The notes under the pieces: model-generated
Databases searched by the model: none
The model's input: only the letters and a program-made list of their open reading frames with translations
What the model was told of the DNA's origin: nothing
Position numbers and translations under genes: made by a program
From: Escherichia phage CJ20
Length of the DNA: 64,000 bases
Strand: one strand, 5' to 3'
Sequence record: MT533174.1
Part shown: one piece after another, positions 25,592-33,515 of the stretch
How the letters are laid out: every line of letters begins with the position of its first letter
How positions within the stretch are numbered: the first letter of the stretch is position 1

Positions 25592-25744
25592 ATGACTAAA
25601 TACTGGATTACACTCGCTACCGGTGAATATGGTTTTCTCTGGGCAGAGAAAAAACCTTTGTTTGCAGAATTTGTAACAATCACGTGCGAAACCTGGGAAG
25701 GTGAAACTTTCATGGCGTATGGTCAGGTCTATAAAGTAGAATAA
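25592..25744 (+). CDS. Hypothetical small protein (50 aa)
   Basis: SD TAGGAGACAATATG; ends at terminator hairpin; below ORF-track cutoff. Confidence 0.35.
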   Translation: MTKYWITLATGEYGFLWAEKKPLFAEFVTITCETWEGETFMAYGQVYKVE

Positions 25745-25749
25745 AATTT

Positions 25750-25772
25750 GGTCTCCTTCGGGAGACCTTTTT
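25750..25772 (+). terminator. Rho-independent terminator (GGTCTCC-TTCG-GGAGACC + T run)
   Basis: Perfect 7-bp stem, TTCG loop, TTTTT. Confidence 0.75.
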
Positions 25773-25776
25773 ATTA

Positions 25777-25805
25777 TGTACAAGCCACAAAAAGTGTGTT
25801 AAGAT
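25777..25805 (+). promoter_or_regulatory. Early sigma70-type promoter
   Basis: TGTACA 25777-25782, 17-bp spacer, TAAGAT 25800-25805. Confidence 0.45.
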
Positions 25806-25822
25806 GTCTTTGAGGTGAAAAT

Positions 25823-26107
25823 ATGATTATGTCTGACGGAAGTTTAGTTAATCTGCAAAATGTCGCACGGTGTATTATGGAAGCAGGTCTAAGGAAGGTG
25901 CAGGGGCTCCCAGACAACGACAGGAAGCGAAGTTACTTGTTAGCTGTAAGAACAACAGCCATGAGCATTAAGGCTGGCCAGAAGGTCCCTGAGGAGCGAA
26001 TTGAAGCACTCCTTGCATTGATATACCATGACCAAGAACATAAAGCTACCATGCGTAGTATGAGAAAAATATTACAGGAGATTGGAAATGACGAACTTCA
26101 AAGTTAA
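25823..26107 (+). CDS. Hypothetical protein (94 aa)
   Basis: SD GAGGTGAAAATATG; no homology recognised. Confidence 0.4.
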   Translation: MIMSDGSLVNLQNVARCIMEAGLRKVQGLPDNDRKRSYLLAVRTTAMSIKAGQKVPEERIEALLALIYHDQEHKATMRSMRKILQEIGNDELQS

Positions 26108-26291
26108 TATGGAACTGTTTGATAAAGCTGTCCATAAAGAATACCGCGTTATCCAACGATTTTTTGATATAAGAGAAGCTGAAGAGTTTAAAGAACGCTT
26201 CAAAGAAATCCGTATTAAAATAGCTTCAGACACCGCAACAAAGGATGAACTTCTTGAAGTTGCAGAATTAATCAAACGTAACATAAAGTGA
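26082..26291 (+). CDS. Hypothetical protein (69 aa), rIIA.1 position
   Basis: Helical-looking Lys/Glu-rich small protein just upstream of rIIA. Confidence 0.4.
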   Translation: MEMTNFKVNMELFDKAVHKEYRVIQRFFDIREAEEFKERFKEIRIKIASDTATKDELLEVAELIKRNIK

Positions 26292-26298
26292 GAAAAAC

Positions 26299-28533
26299 AT
26301 GATTTTAGAAACTGAAAAGGAAACAATCCTTGGTAATGGTGCCAAGGCATCAGCATTCACAATCCAGGCATCTCCGAAGGTGTTTAAGATTCTGACCAGC
26401 GACCTTTATACAAACAAGGTGCGCGCGGTTGTCCGTGAGCTGATTACCAATATGATTGATGCTCATATGCTCAATGGCTGTCAGGATAAATTCATTGTGC
26501 AAGCTCCTGGTGAACTGGACCCACGTTTTGTATGTCGTGACTTTGGTCCGGGTATGAGTGATTTCCAGATTCGTGGTGATGAAAATACTCCAGGTCTGTA
26601 TAACAGTTTCTTTGCATCATCCAAGGCTGAATCCAACGATTTTATTGGTGGCTTTGGCCTGGGTTCTAAATCTCCGTTCAGTTATACAGAGACGTTTAGC
26701 CTGATTTCATATCATGATGGACAAGTTAATGGTTATGTCGCTTATATGGACGGCGATGGTCCACAGATTAAGCCAACCTTTAGCGAACCAATGAAACCTG
26801 GTGACCGCACAGGGATTGAAGTTGTTGTCCCAGTCGATAGTAATGATTTTGGTAAGTTCCGCTACGAGATTGCATATATCATGCGTCCATTCGCTGGACT
26901 GGCTGAAGTGCAAGGCGCTGGCGAAATTGAATACTTCCCGGAATTTGATGATTACTATGCTCCAGCGCGTATTAATTATAGCAGTCCAGAACGTTATGGA
27001 CTTTATGCAATTTATGGCGGAATTGTTTATCCGATTGGTGATGGTTACACCAAGAAAACCTGGATGACTGCCAAAAATGATGTTGTCTTTATTAAGTTCC
27101 CGATGGGTTCGTTGGATATTGCACCTTCTCGCGAAGCGTTATCACTGGACAAACGTACGGTCGCAAATATCGTTGAACGTATTGAAGCCCTTGATAAGAA
27201 AGTCATGGAAGACGATTGTAAGAAATGGCAGGAATCAGAATGTCTCCGCCATACATATCGCGAATTGCAGAATCTGAATTATGAAGCTCGTAATTTTCTG
27301 AAAGCTCGTAATGTTGAAACGAAATTTACGAAATCACAATTGACCTTTAATCAGATGTACGAAATGTTCGAGCTGGACAAAGACCTTATTAATGCCGGGG
27401 TTGTCTATGATATCTATCGTGACACTCGTCTGAAACGTCTGCGTAACGCAAGCTCAAGCTCGAACACAGCAAGTCTGACGAGCATGTTTGGTATTCAGAA
27501 TGATACCTTGAACATTGTTATTGACGATGTTAAAGGGCGAATTGCGATGATTCGTGGTATCAGTTCAATGTTGTATGATACCAGCGCAAAAGCTAAAAAG
27601 CTTATTGCATCTGGTAAAGTCCCGACTCGTCAGGGTAGTAGTCTACTGTTTGTTGACCCGACCAGCGAAATTCAAACACGGTTGATGGTTCAACTCCAGG
27701 AACGATTTGAAGGCGATACAGTTAATATCTATCGTACGTCTGAACTGACTGCCCTTGTAAAAGACTGGATTCCGGTTGCTGACCCGAAAGCGCGCGTTAA
27801 GTCAAAGACTCCATCATTGATTCGTTGGACTAAAACCAATGGTCGCTGGCAGTCTGTTGAAGAATTTACATGTGCAGCTGATGCAGAGGAAATCGATGGT
27901 TATGCTGTATTCATTAACCGCAGTAGCATTTCCCCGTTGAATCAAGAATATGGCACCACGACCTTCGGGACCCAGACATTGTGCAAACTGGCGAATCTGT
28001 TGGAAATCAATGAATTCTGTGTTATTCGTCCACAGCTTCAGAAAAAGGTTACCAAGCTGGCGCAGTGCGATTGTCTGATTGAAGCTGCAGTCAATCGTTA
28101 TGTGGAATTGATTGATGCGGTTGATGCAGACCAGTACATTGCCGCTTCAAGCCGTTCGCGTTATTATATTCCTATCCTGTCTGAATATGCAGAACTGAAT
28201 TTTATGTTCAAGTATTTTTATGCAAAAGATGTTCAGAAAGATGTGAATACTGACTATGCCGAACTAATGCAGTTCAATAAGTTCTTTGCTTATAACGCAT
28301 ATAACAGTGGAACGGTTGATAAGACCATGCAGGAAACGCTGGTCCTTTGTAATAAGATTTATGACGACCTGACCAAAAACGCTTCGGTAACAAGCGATAA
28401 AATGGTTTTTGAATTTGAAAAGAATCACCCGATTGTTTCACACTTTTTATATAACCGTAACGCTATGTCAACTGAACAAGTACAGAACGTTGCTCAAATC
28501 ATGAAGGCCGTGGAAGCGGCCAATAAGGAATAA
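26299..28533 (+). CDS. rIIA: rIIA protein (GHKL ATPase-like N-terminus)
   Basis: 744 aa; N-terminal motifs RELITNMIDA, DFGPGM, GGFGLGSK; followed directly by rIIB. Confidence 0.9.
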   Translation: MILETEKETILGNGAKASAFTIQASPKVFKILTSDLYTNKVRAVVRELITNMIDAHMLNGCQDKFIVQAPGELDPRFVCRDFGPGMSDFQIRGDENTPGLYNSFFASSKAESNDFIGGFGLGSKSPFSYTETFSLISYHDGQVNGYVAYMDGDGPQIKPTFSEPMKPGDRTGIEVVVPVDSNDFGKFRYEIAYIMRPFAGLAEVQGAGEIEYFPEFDDYYAPARINYSSPERYGLYAIYGGIVYPIGDGYTKKTWMTAKNDVVFIKFPMGSLDIAPSREALSLDKRTVANIVERIEALDKKVMEDDCKKWQESECLRHTYRELQNLNYEARNFLKARNVETKFTKSQLTFNQMYEMFELDKDLINAGVVYDIYRDTRLKRLRNASSSSNTASLTSMFGIQNDTLNIVIDDVKGRIAMIRGISSMLYDTSAKAKKLIASGKVPTRQGSSLLFVDPTSEIQTRLMVQLQERFEGDTVNIYRTSELTALVKDWIPVADPKARVKSKTPSLIRWTKTNGRWQSVEEFTCAADAEEIDGYAVFINRSSISPLNQEYGTTTFGTQTLCKLANLLEINEFCVIRPQLQKKVTKLAQCDCLIEAAVNRYVELIDAVDADQYIAASSRSRYYIPILSEYAELNFMFKYFYAKDVQKDVNTDYAELMQFNKFFAYNAYNSGTVDKTMQETLVLCNKIYDDLTKNASVTSDKMVFEFEKNHPIVSHFLYNRNAMSTEQVQNVAQIMKAVEAANKE

Positions 28534-28534
28534 T

Positions 28535-29509
28535 ATGTTTAATATTAAAGCTTTATCCAAATTTGACCAAAACCAGGTAGTTTCTCTTTATAAAACTGGT
28601 AATTATACCCAACAGGAACTAGCAGATAATTTCGGTGTATCGGTTGACACCATTCGCCGTGTTTTGAAAAATGATAAAGAATCAAAATTAGCTAAAACCA
28701 TTTCTGCATCACTGAAAGCAGCTGTTGGTGTGGCGATTAATGCTCCGGTGACAGTAACGGTTGAAGTCCCGGTTGTTGAAGATACAATCGGCGGAAGCCG
28801 CCCGGAAATCGTATGGAATGCATCAAGCAAATTCGTTTCCATCACTGAAGGTCGTACGGTCTGGAACGCAACAAAAGACCATAAACACTTTAATGATATT
28901 ATTCAGGCATTGATTGAATCTCGTTTTGATGATGCTATCGAGTTTATCTCAATCAAAGCTGCAGTACAAAAATATGTGAAAGGTGATGTGCGTATTGAAG
29001 GTGGTAGCCTGTTCTATCAGGGAATTGAACTGCGCTCTGGCCTGGTTACTCGTATCATTGATTCAATGCAAAATGGCGAAGACTTTGAATTCTATCTGCC
29101 ATTCCTCGAGAATCTCCTTGAGAACCCGAGTGAGAAAGCTGTACAGCGTTTGTTTGACTTCCTGGTTGCGAACGATATCGAAATCACCGAAGACGGTCAT
29201 TTCATCGCCTGGAAAATGGTTCGTTCAACCTACAAAGATTGCCACTCAAACACATTTGACAACAGCCCTGGCCAATATGTTAAAATGCCGCGCTCTCGTG
29301 TGAATGACAATGACGAACAGACCTGTTCAACTGGGTTGCATGTTTGCTCTAAAGGTTATATCGGAAGTGGTTTTGGTCATGGTGATGGACGCATCGTATC
29401 CTGTAAAGTTCACCCGCGTGATGTTGTAAGTATCCCGGTGGATTATAATGACAGTAAGATGAGGGTCTGTGGTTACCTGGTTCTTGATGATGTAACTGAA
29501 CAATTCTAA
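28535..29509 (+). CDS. rIIB: rIIB protein
   Basis: 324 aa; N-terminus with LYKTGNYTQQELADNFGVSVDTIRRVLKN matches remembered T4 rIIB. Confidence 0.9.
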   Translation: MFNIKALSKFDQNQVVSLYKTGNYTQQELADNFGVSVDTIRRVLKNDKESKLAKTISASLKAAVGVAINAPVTVTVEVPVVEDTIGGSRPEIVWNASSKFVSITEGRTVWNATKDHKHFNDIIQALIESRFDDAIEFISIKAAVQKYVKGDVRIEGGSLFYQGIELRSGLVTRIIDSMQNGEDFEFYLPFLENLLENPSEKAVQRLFDFLVANDIEITEDGHFIAWKMVRSTYKDCHSNTFDNSPGQYVKMPRSRVNDNDEQTCSTGLHVCSKGYIGSGFGHGDGRIVSCKVHPRDVVSIPVDYNDSKMRVCGYLVLDDVTEQF

Positions 29510-29542
29510 ATTAATCGGGGTTTCGGCCCCTAATGAGGCTTT

Positions 29543-29740
29543 ATGTTAGGTTTCCAAGCACGTGCAGTTGAAGAACATGACCAGCTGGTTTTGAAAATCA
29601 ATGCTCTTGAAGAATTTATTAAGGGCGGTGTTTTTGAAACTCTCGATGCTCGTCAACAAGGTCTTTTGATTGCACAACTTGACGCGATGGGCGCTTATGC
29701 TCATGTACTGGCAGTTCGTATCTCTTATTTTGGTGAATAA
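29543..29740 (+). CDS. Hypothetical protein (65 aa)
   Basis: ATG 29543; helical-looking; no homology recognised. Confidence 0.35.
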   Translation: MLGFQARAVEEHDQLVLKINALEEFIKGGVFETLDARQQGLLIAQLDAMGAYAHVLAVRISYFGE

Positions 29741-29743
29741 ATT

Positions 29744-30013
29744 ATGATTAAGCATTTCAATGTGTCAGACCGTGACATCAAAGTTTCAAATCTCCGGGGT
29801 CATCATTATGCAGGAATAGTTTACTGCGGTAAGCTCATCAAGCATGAAGGTGATGTTCACTATGGTTGGTTGGAATGTGATGAAGTAGTTGTTGGGGAAT
29901 TCCCTGACCCGGATTCTGATACATTTGATGCTAATGACCGTTTGTATTATGGCGAGCTTCACATCCGTGGAATCGTCGGTATCGATGAGGTCGTAAATGA
30001 TTCAGAAGAGTAA
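29744..30013 (+). CDS. Hypothetical protein (89 aa)
   Basis: ORF in series; acidic C-terminus. Confidence 0.4.
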   Translation: MIKHFNVSDRDIKVSNLRGHHYAGIVYCGKLIKHEGDVHYGWLECDEVVVGEFPDPDSDTFDANDRLYYGELHIRGIVGIDEVVNDSEE

Positions 30014-30590
30014 AACCTGGGAGCATCTGAAAAAGATGCCCTCCTTTCTTTATACAAAGGAAGACTTAAACCCCGAATCCCTGCAGAAGATTGTAGACAC
30101 GGCCAGGTATTCATTGCGTAAAGACCCAGGTCAGGACCGTGAGCAAGTCATGCAAAGATGTATGGTGGCCACAATGGCTGAACAAGCTATTGCTAAATGG
30201 ACTTCTGGTTTTTTATGTGGCGGCGACGAAGATTACGATAATCCTTATTCCTTTGCATTTGATGTAGTTTCGAAGGAAGGGGTAAGAATCGAAGTCAAGA
30301 CCCACCAGTCTGGTTCCAAATGGATATCCGTACACACTGGCCACCAGGGCGATTATCCGCATGGTTACGGGATTAATCTTGGTCCTTTTATGCAGCACAA
30401 GCTTGCTGACCTTATGATTATGCTCGATGTAAAAGAGACTCTCAAAGGTTATAGATTTAAACCAAAATTCCTTGCTGGGCCTGGTGCTTTCGTTCCTGAG
30501 TCTGGTCTTGTGCAGAAGTCACAAGGGGATGGCTGGTACCTCCGTTCTTGTTCAGAAGAAAAATTTCCCTATCACCGGTTTACAAGCTGA
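29997..30590 (+). CDS. denB: Endonuclease IV DenB
   Basis: 197 aa; LYTKE.LNP, MVATM.EQAIAKW, VKTHQSGSKWISVHTGHQG, NLGPF, GWYL motifs match remembered T4 endo IV; next to rIIB as in T4. Confidence 0.75.
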   Translation: MIQKSKTWEHLKKMPSFLYTKEDLNPESLQKIVDTARYSLRKDPGQDREQVMQRCMVATMAEQAIAKWTSGFLCGGDEDYDNPYSFAFDVVSKEGVRIEVKTHQSGSKWISVHTGHQGDYPHGYGINLGPFMQHKLADLMIMLDVKETLKGYRFKPKFLAGPGAFVPESGLVQKSQGDGWYLRSCSEEKFPYHRFTS

Positions 30591-30604
30591 ACCAACCGTG
30601 TAAT

Positions 30605-30634
30605 AATGTCCTCATACCAACAAATGAGGACATT
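30605..30634 (+). promoter_or_regulatory. Hairpin sequestering the ribosome-binding site of the downstream ORF
   Basis: Perfect 11-bp inverted repeat AATGTCCTCAT / ATGAGGACATT, 8-nt loop; GAGGA lies in the 3' arm, ATG at 30638. Confidence 0.5.
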
Positions 30635-30637
30635 ATC

Positions 30638-30913
30638 ATGGAACACGTTACTACTCACAACATCAAACAAATTCTTATCCAAGCACTCAAAAACAACAAC
30701 ATCAATTTTCCAACCCATGAAATTTTTGATGTGGCATTCAACGAAGTCCAGGGTCAAGTTGCATATTATGACGTTATCGTTTATCTTTCAGAATTTGAAG
30801 TCTACCACCTGACTGAAATTGCTTTCTATCTCTATCGTGGGACTGCAGATTTTACTGGGGTCGTGAATGCAGTTGGCGCATATAAAGAAGTTAAAGAACA
30901 AATGCACAATTAA
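30638..30913 (+). CDS. Hypothetical protein (91 aa)
   Basis: ATG 30638 four nt after the hairpin; no homology recognised. Confidence 0.4.
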   Translation: MEHVTTHNIKQILIQALKNNNINFPTHEIFDVAFNEVQGQVAYYDVIVYLSEFEVYHLTEIAFYLYRGTADFTGVVNAVGAYKEVKEQMHN

Positions 30914-30924
30914 TTAAAAAGTAG

Positions 30925-30954
30925 TGTACATCAGTATGGAGTCTAATGTATAAT
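30925..30954 (+). promoter_or_regulatory. Early sigma70-type promoter
   Basis: AAAAAGTAGTGTACA, TGTACA 30925-30930, TATAAT 30949-30954, leader TGATTCCATACTGAG. Confidence 0.5.
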
Positions 30955-30988
30955 GATTCCATACTGAGCTACTAACTGGAGAAACAAA

Positions 30989-31252
30989 ATGAAATTTAAA
31001 TTTTACTATGTCAAGCATAAAGTTACTGGGGAATTTGTTGCATTTACAACTTCATCCAATAATCAAGGTGATACTTTTACTTCATTGTTCTTATCCAGAT
31101 GGGATTCAGACCAGCCTTATTTGTCCACAAAAGAGCATCTTCAACGTATGGCGAAGGGCGAGCTAAACGATTCTTGGGATAATATTGTGAATAATTGTAT
31201 CAAGAAAGCTATCCAAGAAAATCAACTTGAAATCATTGAGGTGGAATTGTGA
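30989..31252 (+). CDS. Hypothetical protein (87 aa), tandem paralog A
   Basis: N-terminus MKFKFYYVKHKVTGEFVA; paralog of next ORF. Confidence 0.5.
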   Translation: MKFKFYYVKHKVTGEFVAFTTSSNNQGDTFTSLFLSRWDSDQPYLSTKEHLQRMAKGELNDSWDNIVNNCIKKAIQENQLEIIEVEL

Positions 31253-31515
31253 ATATTAAATTATATTACGCCAAGCACAAAGTTACAGGTATGGTTGTTG
31301 CTGCTATGTATGACGCGTCAGGTGATGGTGATGATGTTATTACAGAGTTATCTCTTTCTGATTGTAAATTTCTTCGCCCGTTGGTTGCATCAAAGCGTGA
31401 TTTAAAAAAGCTTATTGATGGTAAGCTGGACAATATTGATGGTATAGATATTTTTTATGACCTCCGCGTCGCATTGTCTGATGGATTGATTGAAATCAAA
31501 GAGGTGATATTTTGA
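31249..31515 (+). CDS. Hypothetical protein (88 aa), tandem paralog B, GTG start overlapping upstream stop
   Basis: N-terminus (M)NIKLYYAKHKVTGMVVA; GTGA start/stop overlap. Confidence 0.45.
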   Translation: MNIKLYYAKHKVTGMVVAAMYDASGDGDDVITELSLSDCKFLRPLVASKRDLKKLIDGKLDNIDGIDIFYDLRVALSDGLIEIKEVIF

Positions 31516-31607
31516 GCAGCAAAACCTGGTGTCTTATCTGGATGTTGTGTATCCCAGTAATTTGCGTTTGTTTTAGTTTATTATTAATGAAACTTGCATA
31601 AAAGAGT

Positions 31608-31635
31608 TGTACATCTCCGGTGGTTGTAGTATAAT
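31608..31635 (+). promoter_or_regulatory. Early sigma70-type promoter
   Basis: TGTACA 31608-31613, 16-bp spacer, TATAAT 31630-31635, leader CCTATCAACTACTGGAG. Confidence 0.45.
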
Positions 31636-31661
31636 GAACCTATCAACTACTGGAGATGATT

Positions 31662-31778
31662 ATGAAAAAGTTACTTAAAGCCATTTGGAACATGTTTGTG
31701 CTGTTTGTTGTCCTGAGCATTTTCCCAATTGTTTTTATGATTGACCATGTGCGTGTTTACTTTAACTATTTCTTTTGA
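31662..31778 (+). CDS. Small membrane peptide (38 aa)
   Basis: ATG 31662 after leader motif; one hydrophobic helix. Confidence 0.3.
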   Translation: MKKLLKAIWNMFVLFVVLSIFPIVFMIDHVRVYFNYFF

Positions 31779-31788
31779 GGATAATATT

Positions 31789-31995
31789 ATGAATTACAAT
31801 TCACACTTTCAGAAATCCAATCGTCGCTTTGACTTTATGTTCAAGTTTATTGTGGCAATGATTATCCTGATTTTCATTGGTGCCATTGCAATGATTGGTT
31901 TCCAGCTCTGGATTGCTGCTGAAGTATTCACACAAATCCAGGATAATGGTTTGAAGTCTGTTGTTGATGTAATTTGGAATGGAGTTAAGCAATGA
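31789..31995 (+). CDS. Small membrane protein (68 aa)
   Basis: SD GAGGATAATATTATG; central hydrophobic helix. Confidence 0.4.
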   Translation: MNYNSHFQKSNRRFDFMFKFIVAMIILIFIGAIAMIGFQLWIAAEVFTQIQDNGLKSVVDVIWNGVKQ

Positions 31996-32237
31996 AACTT
32001 TTTAAAGACATTGCAGTTGGTGAAAAATTTGTCCTGGGTAATGGTCAACAACTGATTCGCATTTCGCCTTTAATGGATTCAAATGAACATCCTGTGCGCA
32101 CTGAAAACTGTTTGGATTATCCTTTTTATCAGAAGCGTTTTGCAATTGAAAATAATACTGAGTGCTTCACAGTTGATGAACTGATGGAATCATCAGAAGA
32201 AGTTGACTTGTGGGATGGTGTGGTAGACCCTGAATAA
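31992..32237 (+). CDS. Hypothetical protein (81 aa)
   Basis: ATGA overlap with upstream ORF; acidic C-terminus. Confidence 0.45.
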   Translation: MKLFKDIAVGEKFVLGNGQQLIRISPLMDSNEHPVRTENCLDYPFYQKRFAIENNTECFTVDELMESSEEVDLWDGVVDPE

Positions 32238-32252
32238 ACTGAGGAAAATATT

Positions 32253-32597
32253 ATGTCTAAAGTATTTTTTGGTAATGCTAAAGTTATGTTCTTTAAACAG
32301 ATTAGCCTTCAGGAGGCGTCGGAGGCATTCAATCAAAGTATGATTCCTGACGTACATCCAAAAGTTATGACGAGTGCTGATTTCGTTTTCGTCCAAGACC
32401 CGGAAACAGGCTTTTATCGGTTCATTAAATTTCGTATGAGTATGGAGCCAGGTTATCATAGTGCTTACTACGTGAGTTATGAAAATGTTATCAAAGAATT
32501 GCGTAATACCTATAAGCGCGCTTTGACCCCGCTGAATAAGGTGTATAATGCTTCCTTTTATACGAGCGGATTTATTTTAGAACAACTTCAAAAATAG
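32253..32597 (+). CDS. Hypothetical protein (114 aa)
   Basis: SD GAGGAAAATATTATG; no homology recognised. Confidence 0.45.
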   Translation: MSKVFFGNAKVMFFKQISLQEASEAFNQSMIPDVHPKVMTSADFVFVQDPETGFYRFIKFRMSMEPGYHSAYYVSYENVIKELRNTYKRALTPLNKVYNASFYTSGFILEQLQK

Positions 32598-32626
32598 TGT
32601 ACATACTCTTGGGGTCAGAGTATAAT
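32598..32626 (+). promoter_or_regulatory. Early sigma70-type promoter with -10 inside hairpin loop
   Basis: TGTACA 32598-32603, TATAAT 32621-32626; hairpin GGGGTCA(GAGTATAA)TGACCCC 32611-32632. Confidence 0.5.
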
Positions 32627-32670
32627 GACCCCACTGGAGCACAAAACTTTAACTTACTGAGGAAATTAAT

Positions 32671-33120
32671 ATGACTACTTACATGACCCGTCGTGACGTA
32701 CTGAATGCTGGCGCTACCACTGTTGCTCACATCCATAATGGCAATTATGTTGCAGGGCGTCCAACTAAAGAAGCTATCGCCCAACCAGGTTTTTATTTCG
32801 TGGTCAAAGGTGAAGGCGAATCGCGTATTGTTGCCGCACGTTTTTATGTTGGTAACCAACGTTCACAACAAGGGTTTGACACTGTATTAAGTCACATCCG
32901 CAAACAGCGTTCACAACTGTCACGCACAATGGCGAACAATGGTGTTATCTATGAAGTCCTGTTTGTTCCAGTTTCTAAAATGAAACCCCTGACAACTGGT
33001 TATGGTAAAGGTCAAATTGCGATGGCGTTCACTCGCTCACATAGTTCTGATTGCCAGACCCTTTCAGAAATGAATCGCATGCTTGCTGATAACTTTAAAT
33101 TCATTCTGCAGAGCTATTAA
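32671..33120 (+). CDS. ndd: Nucleoid disruption protein Ndd
   Basis: 149 aa; [43 protein letters not shown] match remembered T4 Ndd. Confidence 0.8.
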   Translation: MTTYMTRRDVLNAGATTVAHIHNGNYVAGRPTKEAIAQPGFYFVVKGEGESRIVAARFYVGNQRSQQGFDTVLSHIRKQRSQLSRTMANNGVIYEVLFVPVSKMKPLTTGYGKGQIAMAFTRSHSSDCQTLSEMNRMLADNFKFILQSY

Positions 33121-33121
33121 T

Positions 33122-33202
33122 ATGAGTAATTTCCATAACGAACATGTGATGCAATGGCATCGTCATAATCTTAAATTAACTGGCGTCTTTGGACGCCCTT
33201 GA
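33122..33202 (+). CDS. stp: Stp peptide (26 aa)
   Basis: [11 protein letters not shown]...GVFGR matches remembered 26-residue T4 Stp; directly after ndd. Confidence 0.7.
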   Translation: MSNFHNEHVMQWHRHNLKLTGVFGRP

Positions 33203-33209
33203 GGAAAAT

Positions 33210-33374
33210 ATGACATCAGTTTTTACTTTTATCTGGCTCGTAGCTGTTATCGTTGCTGTGACTCTTTTTGCTACAGGTGTATGGGTCCCAAGTACTCTTT
33301 TTGCAGGATTTATTTGCACATGGTTTGTACTGGATGCCTTAGTTAAATTTCTGGAATCAGCGGTTAATAAATGA
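33210..33374 (+). CDS. Small membrane protein (54 aa), Ac-like by position
   Basis: SD GAGGAAAATATG; two hydrophobic helices; sits where T4 has ac, between stp and gene 52. Confidence 0.4.
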   Translation: MTSVFTFIWLVAVIVAVTLFATGVWVPSTLFAGFICTWFVLDALVKFLESAVNK

Positions 33375-33511
33375 TTAAACAAATCTTGGGCTACTCGTTA
33401 GCCCTTGCTACCTTATTGGTAGCGCTGTATTATGGAGTTATGTTTGCATTAGTGCAGGTTGTGCTTTTTATTTCTGATGCTATAATGGCAGTACATTCAC
33501 TGATATGGTAA
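33371..33511 (+). CDS. Small membrane protein (46 aa)
   Basis: ATGA overlap; hydrophobic; below ORF-track cutoff. Confidence 0.3.
   Translation: MIKQILGYSLALATLLVALYYGVMFALVQVVLFISDAIMAVHSLIW
33461..33486 (+). promoter_or_regulatory. Putative MotA-dependent middle promoter for gene 52
   Basis: GTTGTGCTTTTTA (TGCTT 33463-33467) 18 bp before TATAAT 33481-33486. Confidence 0.4.
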
Positions 33512-33515
33512 AAAT

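Noticed and set aside
29511-29530. Hairpin-like GGGGTTTCGGCCCC after rIIB as a terminator
   Set aside because: Only a 4-bp stem and no downstream T run; too weak to call.
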